Virus record (IMG/VR): IMGVR_UViG_3300033153_008504
Coordinates: 1-43,042 of that record
From: a virus
Lineage: Duplodnaviria; Caudoviricetes
Length of the DNA stretch: 43,042 bases
Reading direction: 5' to 3' (one strand)
Made by a program: the position numbers and the translations under genes. The notes below the pieces were generated by a model, which saw only the letters and a list, made by a program, of their open reading frames with translations, was not told the origin of the DNA and searched no databases. This document shows, in pieces, positions 1 through 9,485 of this stretch (position 1 is the stretch's first letter; each line of letters begins with the position of its first letter).

Positions 1-114
1 TATTGAATTCTTTTCTATTGCTTTCCCAGCAAATTCACCAGCAGCAATATCTTTTCCTGTAAGTGCTTGCCCCTTCTTCATTTTTTTATAAAGAGTAGCG
101 TTTATTCTCCAAGC
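1..114. repeat. Terminal direct repeat (circular assembly overlap), copy 1
   Basis: 1-114 is identical to 42929-43042. Confidence 0.97.
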
Positions 115-354
115 ATCTCCTTGGCTCATTTGGACGTCTAACGATTCTGGCAATTGCTTGCCAACTTCTATCATCTCTCTTATCTTTTTTTGAGCTATTT
201 CTGTTTTCTCTGGACTTAAACCCTCCCCAACCGTGAAAGTCATTCCTTTATCTTTACTGCCAAAAAACCACTCATCTCCCTTGAATAATTCAACAGTATC
301 CCGAACCTTATCGGTAATAAATGTTCCTATATCTTTTAGTGATGGTAATGGCAT
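1..354 (-). CDS. 5' part of the origin-spanning large virion/ejection-type protein (continues into 41234..43009)
   Basis: ATG at 354 (MPLPSLKDIG...) is in frame and open through position 81, which equals 43009; this adds 91 aa for about 682 aa total; starts just after the stop of 356..1783. Confidence 0.8.
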   Translation of the reverse strand, partial: MPLPSLKDIGTFITDKVRDTVELFKGDEWFFGSKDKGMTFTVGEGLSPEKTEIAQKKIREMIEVGKQLPESLDVQMSQGDAWRINATLYKKMKKGQALTGKDIAAGEFAGKAIEKNSI

Positions 355-355
355 A

Positions 356-1783
356 TTATTTTGTTAATTCTCCTCTTAAAACTTTTGGTAATTCTAATGG
401 ATTATAATTCCAAATCTGCCACCACTTAATAGTTTCTGGGAACAACTCATCTAAAATATCTTGTGTTATTGGAGTTAATTCTGTTGCATTATTGTCTGCT
501 TTCCATTGTTTTTCTATTTGTTCTCTTGTGTATCCGACATTTTTCATTTGCTCAAAAGTATTTCTTGTATCTTTTTTCACTGTTTCAAATGTAACTTCTT
601 TCTCCAATAAATTATTTATTGTTCCAGCGGTCAGCTTTGTATTTGTGTCTAGCCAAGCCCTTATATCTTTATCATTCATTCCAACTCCTCTCATTCTCTC
701 TATTGTAGCAGAGTTTATATTATTGATGTTTATTGGCAACGAAGCAGCACCGATTGGGGTTTGGTAAGAAACCATCTTAATATTCCCCAGTGTAGTTGTG
801 GTTGTTGGGGTTGTGACGGCAATTTCTCCCTGGCTTATCTTCCATTCTTCTGCCTTTTTAGTTGCTTCTTCTAAAGTATCGTCGATAGTTATTCCTGCTC
901 CTGCGTAATCAAGTTGAAGGTTAAGAACCGCCTCTTTTTCTTCTTGTGTTTGAACCCATTCATTATAAGCCGTTGTTTCTGCTTCATCCAAGGCATCTCT
1001 GTAATCTTGTCTTAAATCAGTTAATACTTCTTTGTTTTCCTCTTTAAACATTTCAAATTGGGTGTATTTTAGTTGTAGGTCGTAGGTGTAATCTTGAACC
1101 GCCCCCTTGATAAAGCTTCTTGCTTCTTGGAAGTTTCCTTGTTTCATTTCCATAACAGCTGACTGCGACTTTATTTTGGCGGCTATTTGGTTAAGCTCTA
1201 AATTATATTGTTTGTTTATCGCTTTTTGTTCTCCGCTTAATATAGCCCCAGGCATACCAGTTAACCTATCCTCTGTTCTGGCAAGGGCGGCATCTCTTTG
1301 GGCTTCTTTCTTGTTATAATTGTCCATCATTGCGTCCATTTCAGCTATATCAGCTTGCATTTCTGAAAAGTAATCTGCTGGTTTAATTCCAAGCTCTTCC
1401 CATAAGCTTTGTTGTTTTTCAGTTAGTGTCTGTTGTTTTGTTAGTTTATTTAGCCAGCTTTTGCTTTCTTCTTCATATTCAGCTAATTTCTGCTCGTATT
1501 CTTTTAGTTTGGCTTCTTTTTCCTTTTCTGCTTCTTCGGCTTTCTTTTTCCAATAGTTGTTTCTTCCATTAACTTTAGTTAAATCTGGTTCTTTGGCTTC
1601 TTCTTCTGGCATTTTTAAATCACCAGTTATTTCTAATTCCTCTGGTTTAACATAAGGCTCGGTATCGGGTTTTATATTCCCAACCTTTGAACTATAAAGC
1701 TGCCCAGTTTCTGGGTCAACCTTTTCTTGATACCAAGACTTACTAGGGTATAATACTCCTGTTTTTGGGTCTTTGAATGGCAT
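356..1783 (-). CDS. Coiled-coil-rich putative internal virion (DNA ejection) protein
   Basis: 475 aa, helical E/K/Q-rich; positioned after the tail genes as in podoviruses. Confidence 0.5.
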   Translation of the reverse strand: MPFKDPKTGVLYPSKSWYQEKVDPETGQLYSSKVGNIKPDTEPYVKPEELEITGDLKMPEEEAKEPDLTKVNGRNNYWKKKAEEAEKEKEAKLKEYEQKLAEYEEESKSWLNKLTKQQTLTEKQQSLWEELGIKPADYFSEMQADIAEMDAMMDNYNKKEAQRDAALARTEDRLTGMPGAILSGEQKAINKQYNLELNQIAAKIKSQSAVMEMKQGNFQEARSFIKGAVQDYTYDLQLKYTQFEMFKEENKEVLTDLRQDYRDALDEAETTAYNEWVQTQEEKEAVLNLQLDYAGAGITIDDTLEEATKKAEEWKISQGEIAVTTPTTTTTLGNIKMVSYQTPIGAASLPININNINSATIERMRGVGMNDKDIRAWLDTNTKLTAGTINNLLEKEVTFETVKKDTRNTFEQMKNVGYTREQIEKQWKADNNATELTPITQDILDELFPETIKWWQIWNYNPLELPKVLRGELTK

Positions 1784-1819
1784 ATTATTGTTTTATGTAT
1801 GTTAAATTAGTATTATTTA

Positions 1820-2578
1820 TTAAGCAAATGCTTCCCACATAAGATAAGCTGTCCCACCGGGAGTGCCATCTTTTGTCCATGTAAGGGTAATATTAGTAGA
1901 ACTTAAAGATATTACAGCCATATTGCTGGTGATTTGAAAACCAGCAGACTCATATACTACAATATAAGTGGTTGAACTTCCTTCATCAGGATTAGATATA
2001 TTATCTATTCCTGTATACACGCAAGCTGTAGAGTTACCATCATAAACACCAACCGAACTTATAGTTATACTTGACCCCCTAACCATTGTTATTCTTACAT
2101 ATTTTGGGGAAACTCCTAACCCATGAGCAATATTATCAGTAGTATCACTGGACATATCTTTACTTAATACGCCACTGGAAAAACTTTTTAATCCAGCATT
2201 ATCATCGTGATACTTTTTAATAGATTGCTGAGTAGCCAACATCGTAGCACTATTAGAAGCCATATCGTCTTCGTCTTTTACATCAGAGATATTAGCAGTT
2301 GAAGGGAAATCTATACTATGTCCATTAAGGTCTAAATCGCCGCCAAGCTGGGGAGTAGTGTCTTCTACAATATCGTGTTTATGTAAGGTAGTGGTAGACC
2401 CGCCAACTAAACCTTTTTTCTCGCTTCTTTTTAACTTGCTAAAATTAAAAGTATCTATACCATCGTGTTGGTGGTTTTTTAATAAGTTCTCAAAATCTTC
2501 AAACTTTTTAATATCAAATTGTTCTATTTGTTCTCTCAACTCTTTTATTTGTTCTTGTAGTTCTTCGTTTGTCGGCAT
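1820..2578 (-). CDS. Putative tail fibre/needle-like structural protein
   Basis: N-terminal coiled coil, HxH motifs, 'DTTPQLGGDLDLNG' segment typical of phage fibres, beta-rich C-terminus with 'IAHGLGVSP'. Confidence 0.55.
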   Translation of the reverse strand: MPTNEELQEQIKELREQIEQFDIKKFEDFENLLKNHQHDGIDTFNFSKLKRSEKKGLVGGSTTTLHKHDIVEDTTPQLGGDLDLNGHSIDFPSTANISDVKDEDDMASNSATMLATQQSIKKYHDDNAGLKSFSSGVLSKDMSSDTTDNIAHGLGVSPKYVRITMVRGSSITISSVGVYDGNSTACVYTGIDNISNPDEGSSTTYIVVYESAGFQITSNMAVISLSSTNITLTWTKDGTPGGTAYLMWEAFA

Positions 2579-2579
2579 A

Positions 2580-4031
2580 TTAGTAAATTATTATTTCTTG
2601 TAAATAAGGCGTATTTTTAGATGTTGCCCCCGTTGTTAATTCAACCCTTAATTGGAGGTTAACAATATCTTTCTTGCCAAATGGCATTTGATAAAATGTT
2701 TTTGCCCCGTGAGTAGCATAATCAAATGTTCCCAATGTAGTCCAACTGCTGTTTATATCTTCTCGGTATTTTATTCTTATCCCCTCGCCTGTTTGTAATG
2801 GTCTGGCTAATACAATATCCACTTTTCGGCTACTTTCTTTAAAAGTGGGAGTTCCTATTCTATAAAGTTGGGTTTCAAAATAAGCCCCATAACTAATAAC
2901 TCTATTGTGATTATCAGTTACTTGGTCAATAGCATATGTTGTATTCTCTTTATCATAATATCCAAATATAACAGTGTCGCCATCAACATTACCAATTACT
3001 GAATGAACGGTTGGTATATTTAATTGATTATCCCCAATTTCACCAGAAGCAATAGTAAACTCCAAATTAACTTTGCCGTCTTTAATTGAGTATATTCCAC
3101 AGGGACTAAATCTTGACGAACTATTGTATATTGATTGTCCAACGGCTACCAATAATCTGTCCTTATACCAAGTCATTCCATATTTTTCTACTTTCATTTG
3201 GTTAGCTTTATCATAATCATAAGGTATTTTAGCATAGGGAACTAAACCTGCTTCTGAAAATAAGTATATTTGACCTTCCATTCCAGCAGATATATAAACT
3301 CTATTTCCAACTTCAAGCATTGTATTTATAGATTTTTCTGGCACTTTAACTGGAAAATCAAATATATTATCGCTTCTGTCATAAATATAGATATAAGACC
3401 TTTTAATCCCTGATATGTTAGGATTTTGGTATGTTCCAAGCAATATATCTTCTTTTCTTTCCGCTATACAACTTATGTTCTCTCCCTCTGATAAAGTAAT
3501 GACATTTTCATTAACCGTATATGTACCAGCATCGTTGGCGTCAAAATCAGTATCCTCTTGAATTGTAGTAATATGATTATCGTGTCCTATATAAACCTTA
3601 TCATTATTCTTGCTAACATAAATAAAATCAGCAATCTCATCAGTAGAAGTATCCAAAGTATACCAAGTAGTATTTGATATTTTATAACAATTTATTGAAC
3701 CCGTTTGACCAACTGCGATAATATGTCCTTTCCATTCTACTATGTATGGCCCTTTATTGTCGCCTATCTTTGACCAAGTATCAGAACCATCTCCATCTGC
3801 TTTGTATATTTCTCCACCATAATCAGAAACATAAATAGTATTTTCTCCCACAATACAAATCGGCTTATTAGTAATAGTAGTTGAACTTTCTTTTATCGGC
3901 AAATAGTTAATTCTGGCTATCCCTTCCTGCCCGAATATATCTAAATTAATTGCTTTACTAAAAGCACCATCTATTGTATATGGCGAAGATGATAATCCTC
4001 TTTGAAAATTGTTTATTATTATTGGTTTCAT
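2580..4031 (-). CDS. Putative tail nozzle/tubular protein (beta-propeller, P22 gp10/T7 gp12-like position)
   Basis: 483 aa all-beta pattern, N-terminal 'INNFQRGL', located downstream of the adaptor gene. Confidence 0.55.
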   Translation of the reverse strand: MKPIIINNFQRGLSSSPYTIDGAFSKAINLDIFGQEGIARINYLPIKESSTTITNKPICIVGENTIYVSDYGGEIYKADGDGSDTWSKIGDNKGPYIVEWKGHIIAVGQTGSINCYKISNTTWYTLDTSTDEIADFIYVSKNNDKVYIGHDNHITTIQEDTDFDANDAGTYTVNENVITLSEGENISCIAERKEDILLGTYQNPNISGIKRSYIYIYDRSDNIFDFPVKVPEKSINTMLEVGNRVYISAGMEGQIYLFSEAGLVPYAKIPYDYDKANQMKVEKYGMTWYKDRLLVAVGQSIYNSSSRFSPCGIYSIKDGKVNLEFTIASGEIGDNQLNIPTVHSVIGNVDGDTVIFGYYDKENTTYAIDQVTDNHNRVISYGAYFETQLYRIGTPTFKESSRKVDIVLARPLQTGEGIRIKYREDINSSWTTLGTFDYATHGAKTFYQMPFGKKDIVNLQLRVELTTGATSKNTPYLQEIIIY

Positions 4032-4034
4032 ATT

Positions 4035-6149
4035 TTAATGTAATCTACTTGGGTATTTCCAAGCAGCTGTATTTTTAGGTTTATATTTCCAAGCAGCTGT
4101 ATTTTTAGGTTTATATTTCCAAGCAGCTGTATTTTTAGGTTGGTTAGTCCAACTGGCTGGCGAAGGTGAAGGACTGAAAGAAGGGCTGGGTGAAGGCGAT
4201 ATACTGGGTGAAGGGGAAGGCGATATACTCGGCGATAAAGAAGGTGAAATACTGGGTGATAATGAAGCAGAAGGTGAAATAGAAGAACTGATAGAAGGGC
4301 TTATACTGGGTGAAGATGATAAACTCGGACTAGCACTTGGGCTCAATGAAGCTGACGGGGATATACTTGGACTTAAACTGGGACTTGGCGATGGACTTAT
4401 ACTTGGCGATAACGAAGCAGATGGACTGATAGATGGTGAGGGGCTGGGACTGATAGAGGGACTGGCAGACGGGCTGGGGCTTGGGGATAAACTGGGCGAA
4501 ACACTGGGACTGGGTGACGAGCTGATAGAAGGAGATATAGAAGGCGATGAGGACGGACTTGGCGAAGGTGACAACGATAGTGATAAGGAAGCACTTGGGC
4601 TAACAGAAGGGCTGGGACTTGGTGAAATACTGGGGCTTTTTGAAGGTGATAGCGAGGGCGAGATACTTGGAGATAAGGACGCTGATGGACTTAAACTGGG
4701 GCTGGGACTGGGAGAAATTGACGGACTTAATGACGGAGAAGGAGAAGGAGAAATACTTGGACTTAAACTGGCACTAGGACTTTGGGAAGGACTGGGAGAG
4801 GGTGAAATAGAAGGCGATGGACTGGGAGAAAAAGAAGGACTGGGAGATGGACTTATGCTGGACGAGATAGACGGACTAATGCTTGGCGAAGGTGATGGAG
4901 AAATGCTTGGGCTTACTGATGGGCTAATGGAAGGTGATGTGCTTCCAGCACTTGGTGTATAGGTGGCGTAGATGGAGTATTTATCAGTATTATGCTCAGT
5001 TATGGTTATTGGTGTTGCTCCACCATAAACACTATCAGAAGTAATATGTCCTTGATTAGTGTCACCAGTATCAAATTTCATATAAAGAGTACTATTACTT
5101 CCTTCCATCAATAAGTATTCTTGTCCAGTTATTGGTGTATCAGCTATGTTGTAATTACCCCAACTATATGAACTCCCAACATCAAAAAATGCACCAACTA
5201 CTAATGTTAAATCACTATGTTTATAAATTGCAGCTTTACCCCATCCTTCAGGTGATTGACAATACGAACTTATAGTTGTCGCAGTCCCATTTCCACCAGT
5301 AAAAAGAGAACCCATACCAGTTTGATTTATACTATTACTACTTTCCCCTACACTTGTATATCCAAAAGTATCATTACTCCTAATAGGGTAAACAGCGTTA
5401 TCTAAAAAGTCCTGTGGGATAGTTACTATCCTCTCTCCGTTTTCTTCGCCTTGCCATATATAATCTAAATCACCCCACGCTTCTTTTCCTTCTGCGTCAA
5501 TAAAATGAGGTCTTTTATCGTGAAATGCCTTGCCAACTTTATAATCCTTGCCATCTTTATCGTTCATTCCGCCTTTTGTATCGTGATAGACAGCAAAAGA
5601 ATTAACAATATCAATCGGTCTTTGAGATACTACATTTCCGTTCTCGTCTTTAATTTCTGTTTCAGTGGCAGTCCAACCTTTGTTTTTTTGCTCTTGCGTT
5701 ATTTCGTCTGTTAAGGGTTTTTGTTTGAAAAACTTTAATCCTTTTCTTTTAACTGAAAATCTTATCTGGTTAGTTTTTGGTTTTGCCTTCAAAATGGGTA
5801 TCATTTTGTATCCACCCTTGCCTTCCTCATAATCATAAAACTCTATTTCTGTATTTCCTTTGCTCCATTTTATTTTATTTTGTAAGGTACTGACTTCCGC
5901 TTGTTCGTAATTTGTATCTTTTAAGCGGACACTAAAATTTGTTTCATTTGACCATCTTTCTAATTTAACCTGCGGGATAAAAGTATCTGGAACTTTATCA
6001 TCTCCAATGAAGACATTTATTTCATCTTTGGGTTTGCCATCATATTTGTCCAATTCGGGGTTCTTAATCTTATCTAATCTAAACGCATTATTCTCAATTG
6101 AATACTTATCGGTTATTTCTTTTGATAATTGTTTTGGTATTTCTGGCAT
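4035..6149 (-). CDS. Structural protein with a ~260 aa Ser/Pro mucin-like tract and three C-terminal 10-aa repeats
   Basis: Globular N-terminal ~400 aa followed by SPSISPSPSPS...; lies in the structural operon. Confidence 0.75.
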   Translation of the reverse strand: MPEIPKQLSKEITDKYSIENNAFRLDKIKNPELDKYDGKPKDEINVFIGDDKVPDTFIPQVKLERWSNETNFSVRLKDTNYEQAEVSTLQNKIKWSKGNTEIEFYDYEEGKGGYKMIPILKAKPKTNQIRFSVKRKGLKFFKQKPLTDEITQEQKNKGWTATETEIKDENGNVVSQRPIDIVNSFAVYHDTKGGMNDKDGKDYKVGKAFHDKRPHFIDAEGKEAWGDLDYIWQGEENGERIVTIPQDFLDNAVYPIRSNDTFGYTSVGESSNSINQTGMGSLFTGGNGTATTISSYCQSPEGWGKAAIYKHSDLTLVVGAFFDVGSSYSWGNYNIADTPITGQEYLLMEGSNSTLYMKFDTGDTNQGHITSDSVYGGATPITITEHNTDKYSIYATYTPSAGSTSPSISPSVSPSISPSPSPSISPSISSSISPSPSPSFSPSPSPSISPSPSPSQSPSASLSPSISPSPSPSLSPSISPSPSPSLSPSASLSPSISPSLSPSKSPSISPSPSPSVSPSASLSLSLSPSPSPSSSPSISPSISSSPSPSVSPSLSPSPSPSASPSISPSPSPSISPSASLSPSISPSPSPSLSPSISPSASLSPSASPSLSSSPSISPSISSSISPSASLSPSISPSLSPSISPSPSPSISPSPSPSFSPSPSPASWTNQPKNTAAWKYKPKNTAAWKYKPKNTAAWKYPSRLH
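4053..4141. repeat. Three ~30-bp tandem repeats encoding PKNTAAWKY(K)
   Basis: tatttccaagcagctgtatttttaggtt occurs three times in tandem. Confidence 0.9.
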
Positions 6150-6166
6150 TTAATATTTATCATAAA

Positions 6167-6889
6167 TTACTCGTATTGTCTCCAATACCTTTTATTTTTT
6201 GGTCTTATTCGGGTTGTTCTTTCTACATTTCTGTGAGAATAGAACTTTCTTAAACTTCTTATTAAGCTGTTTTTCATTTTAATGAACTTTGCCGAATTTG
6301 TTGGGTCTTGTTCAAACATAATTGTGGCATCTAAAGACAATATTCTGTGAAATGGCTTGGCAAACCCTGGACTTGCAGTAACTGCCGAAGCTGCGGTTGA
6401 TGTGCTAAACTCGGAAATATCCCTTGAAAAGCAAATCTTTAATCCGCTGGCAGTGGTTACATATCCCGAAGCTGGAGCTGGGTATAAAAAAATAGAATCT
6501 CCAACTAAATCATAATATCTTGGCAAGCCATCTGTGTCGCAATATTCAGATAAAGCCACTTCTATATCGTGCCAGTCCTTCTGGATTAACTTTTGGAAAT
6601 CCCCGTTGCTGTCTTTTACTTCTGCCCTTTCTACTTCTTGTGCCCCATCTGGCAAGGTATAATCTTGAACTCCATTAGACAAATCAGTATATCCAATAGG
6701 GTGGTCGGTTTTATTCAAATCATCATATTGCCAGCCATCTTCAACTTCACGAATAACTCGGCTTACTTCGTGGTAAGCTTGGTTTATATTCCTAACCTTA
6801 TCTTTAAAGGCATAGGTGCTTGAATTGGTCCCGCAAAGAAAATCTATATCTTGTATAAGACCTTGTGAATCTGTTGCCGATAATTGCAT
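6167..6889 (-). CDS. Putative head-tail adaptor / tail tubular protein A
   Basis: 240 aa with 'YTLP', 'GLPRYY' and 'IFLYPAP' segments typical of podovirus adaptors. Confidence 0.65.
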   Translation of the reverse strand: MQLSATDSQGLIQDIDFLCGTNSSTYAFKDKVRNINQAYHEVSRVIREVEDGWQYDDLNKTDHPIGYTDLSNGVQDYTLPDGAQEVERAEVKDSNGDFQKLIQKDWHDIEVALSEYCDTDGLPRYYDLVGDSIFLYPAPASGYVTTASGLKICFSRDISEFSTSTAASAVTASPGFAKPFHRILSLDATIMFEQDPTNSAKFIKMKNSLIRSLRKFYSHRNVERTTRIRPKNKRYWRQYE

Positions 6890-6890
6890 A

Positions 6891-7898
6891 CTATTTTATC
6901 CACTCACTATTTCTTTGTTGCCACTTAATAGTTTCCTTCATGCTTTCATCAAATGTTTTTGGCGGTTTCCATTCTAAAGCACGAAGTTTATTATCTTGTA
7001 GCCCATAATGAATATCGTGAGCAGGATTATTTTTATGAAAATCTATTAATTTATATTTAAGTTTTTTACCCATAAGTTTTGCTATCCTTTGAGCTAATTC
7101 CAAGTTAGACAAACATTCATCTCCTACAATATGATATTTATATGGCTCATCTATCTCTCCAATTTTATGGCAATACGCTCCTTTTTCAATTATTTTTAAT
7201 AAAGCATCAGCTGCATTTCTTGAATGAATATAATATCTTGTTCCTATTTCTTCTTTATTTCCGTGAATTTTTACTGCCTCTCCATTTTCTACCGCTTTTT
7301 GGATAATAACGGGAAATTTGGAAGAACTTTGCATTTCTCCAAAATTATTCATCGTATGGGTAATAATTAAAGGAATGCCATAACTTCTCCAATAACAATA
7401 GCAGATGTCTTCTGAAGCTGCTTTTGAAGCGGCATAAGCATTTGAGGGTCTATGGGTATCCCACTCTTTATGTGCTTCTCCTTTTTTAACAGGTCCATAT
7501 GTCTCATCTGTTGAAAAATATACAAATATCTCTGGTTTAATCTTTCTGGCATATTCAAGTATTACAATTGTAGAATTAACATTATTCTTAATTACATATT
7601 CTGGGTTCTCTACTGAGAAAAATACATCTGATAAGGCAGCTAAATGAAGAATATAATCTATTTTGCCGATTTCTTTTACCAATTCATCAGAAATATGACA
7701 GGTTAAATCTGTTTGGAACTCGCTAATTCTCGGCAACCAATCTGGATGATTTCTACAAATCCTTACAATTCTGTCCTTATATCCCTTATGATGAAAACTA
7801 TCTAAACAAACTATTTCCCAGTTAGTATTGTGCATTATATGGGCTATTATATGAACTCCTATTGAGCCCCCAGCCCCAGTTAATAAAACTTTTTTCAT
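6891..7898 (-). CDS. NAD-dependent nucleotide-sugar dehydratase/epimerase (dTDP-glucose 4,6-dehydratase-like)
   Basis: GAGGSIG Rossmann motif, HLAA, STDETYG, YAASK catalytic motif. Confidence 0.9.
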   Translation of the reverse strand: MKKVLLTGAGGSIGVHIIAHIMHNTNWEIVCLDSFHHKGYKDRIVRICRNHPDWLPRISEFQTDLTCHISDELVKEIGKIDYILHLAALSDVFFSVENPEYVIKNNVNSTIVILEYARKIKPEIFVYFSTDETYGPVKKGEAHKEWDTHRPSNAYAASKAASEDICYCYWRSYGIPLIITHTMNNFGEMQSSSKFPVIIQKAVENGEAVKIHGNKEEIGTRYYIHSRNAADALLKIIEKGAYCHKIGEIDEPYKYHIVGDECLSNLELAQRIAKLMGKKLKYKLIDFHKNNPAHDIHYGLQDNKLRALEWKPPKTFDESMKETIKWQQRNSEWIK

Positions 7899-7935
7899 AA
7901 TGTATCTCTTTTCTTTAAGGGTTTGACATACCCTT

Positions 7936-8505
7936 TTAATGAACTATTACTTTTGAACCTTTATTGAAAAAATCTTCACTATTTACCGCTTTATCGTCTG
8001 AAAGATATCTAGCGGCTTTTATTAACAATTCTTTTGAATCTTTAAAATATCCAATTCCCAAATTGCATTTAGAACATAATAATCCCCTTATTTCTCCCGT
8101 TTTATGATTATGGTCTATGTGAAAATTTGGTCTAACTCTTCCAACTTTATCTATTGACATATTATATTTTTCACCACATATCTTACATTTAAAATTTTGA
8201 GCATTTAACAATTTATTGAATTCATTTTGGGTGATTCCAAATTTAATTTTTAAATAGCTTCTTCTTGCCTGAAATGTTCTCTTTCCCCTATTCTTATTAG
8301 CCCACTCTAGTCTTTTTCTATTATATTCCTCTTTTGGTTCTTTCAATCCCTTATTCCAAGGTTCTCTTCCCTTTATTTTAAACGGATGATTATCTGGCAA
8401 TTTCCTTCCCTTTTTAGCGATACTCATTTTCTTTTTAGTTTCTTCCGAATGTTTCATGCCTTTATTCCATGGAGTATGTCCTTTTTTAAATATTTTTTTT
8501 GGCAT
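7936..8505 (-). CDS. NUMOD3 + endonuclease VII-type HNH homing endonuclease
   Basis: PWNKG / HSEETKKKMS repeats; CKIC...DHNHKTGEIRGLLCSKCN. Confidence 0.9.
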   Translation of the reverse strand: MPKKIFKKGHTPWNKGMKHSEETKKKMSIAKKGRKLPDNHPFKIKGREPWNKGLKEPKEEYNRKRLEWANKNRGKRTFQARRSYLKIKFGITQNEFNKLLNAQNFKCKICGEKYNMSIDKVGRVRPNFHIDHNHKTGEIRGLLCSKCNLGIGYFKDSKELLIKAARYLSDDKAVNSEDFFNKGSKVIVH

Positions 8506-8506
8506 T

Positions 8507-8806
8507 TTATTTGAAAAAGCTACTTGGATGACAACATTTATCGTCTATGATAAAGTCGGCATAATCTTTTGCTTTTATTGTATAATACTTAACTCCCCAC
8601 TCATCTAACTGGCTTCTTGTAAAGTCTATCCAATTCTTGCCAGATACCGACCCTCTAGCTGTCGCATAAATAATCCTATGCCCTTTATCATATAGTTTAT
8701 TCATTTTAGCTATTCTTCTCTTATATGGCTTGGCGTTTTCATAATCCTCGCCATTAGTTTTACAAATAGTGTTATCTACATCAATTATGTATATTTTGGC
8801 GTTCAT
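8507..8806 (-). CDS. Small HAD-superfamily phosphatase (capsule-biosynthesis type)
   Basis: DVDNTIC (DxD), TARG, IDDK motifs. Confidence 0.85.
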   Translation of the reverse strand: MNAKIYIIDVDNTICKTNGEDYENAKPYKRRIAKMNKLYDKGHRIIYATARGSVSGKNWIDFTRSQLDEWGVKYYTIKAKDYADFIIDDKCCHPSSFFK

Positions 8807-9485
8807 ATTGTTTTAAAAATTGTATAAAATCTTTCAACTCTGTTGGGTCAGCTGAACCATCTTGGTTATGTCCAGGCAACCTCTTGTCTAGCGTAAAATG
8901 TTTTTCAATAACTTTAGCCCCTCTTTCTATCGCTTTTTTAGCCCATTCTATTCCAATGGTATGGTCAGAAAATCCATAATACTCATCAAACTTTTTAGGA
9001 AATATCTCATTTGTAATATAAGCTGGATATTCAGCTACACAATACAGAAATTGGGCATTTTTTATTTCGGGGAATTTCTTTTTATCCCAATCGCCCAAAG
9101 ACGCTATAATAGGTTTTCCCGTCTTCTCCATAGTTTGTATCAACTTTTGGTCAAAAATGCTTCTGGAAGCTATTTTATGGCGTTTAACGCCTATCTGTTC
9201 CAGCCACCCGACCCTCTCTGGGTCAAAAGCCGACGCCATAAACTCTATTCCTACTTTGTCCGCATGCTTTTTTAAATCTACAACATTTTCATAAATAAGT
9301 TCAGAAAACTTTAATTCAGCATATCGGGACTGATACCATTTCTTAATTTTATCTGTGTCATATAATTGGAATTTAGCAATATCGGCTTTACATTTCTTGG
9401 CTTCTTCTATCATTGCCTTGGCTAGTTTTAAGTTTCCATTAAAATTATGTCCACATTCTGCTATTGTAATAATTCTATTTTCCAT
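8781..9485 (-). CDS. neuB: Nonulosonic acid (N-acetylneuraminate-type) synthase, short form without the C-terminal SAF domain
   Basis: IAECGHNFNG, AKFQ, KIAS, GFSDHTIG, IEKHFTLD motifs. Confidence 0.9.
   Translation of the reverse strand: MENRIITIAECGHNFNGNLKLAKAMIEEAKKCKADIAKFQLYDTDKIKKWYQSRYAELKFSELIYENVVDLKKHADKVGIEFMASAFDPERVGWLEQIGVKRHKIASRSIFDQKLIQTMEKTGKPIIASLGDWDKKKFPEIKNAQFLYCVAEYPAYITNEIFPKKFDEYYGFSDHTIGIEWAKKAIERGAKVIEKHFTLDKRLPGHNQDGSADPTELKDFIQFLKQYERQNIHN

Noticed and set aside
1-114. Biological terminal repeat of the virion DNA
   Set aside because: It interrupts a CDS and has the look of an assembler overlap; true termini cannot be inferred from it.
4397-4594. 63-65 aa alternative-frame ORFs inside larger genes (also 7367..7558, 16000..16188)
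   Set aside because: Fully nested out of frame with no independent support.
7936-8546. Group I intron around the NUMOD3/EndoVII gene
   Set aside because: There is no non-coding space for an intron core; the ORF fills the interval between the direct repeats.
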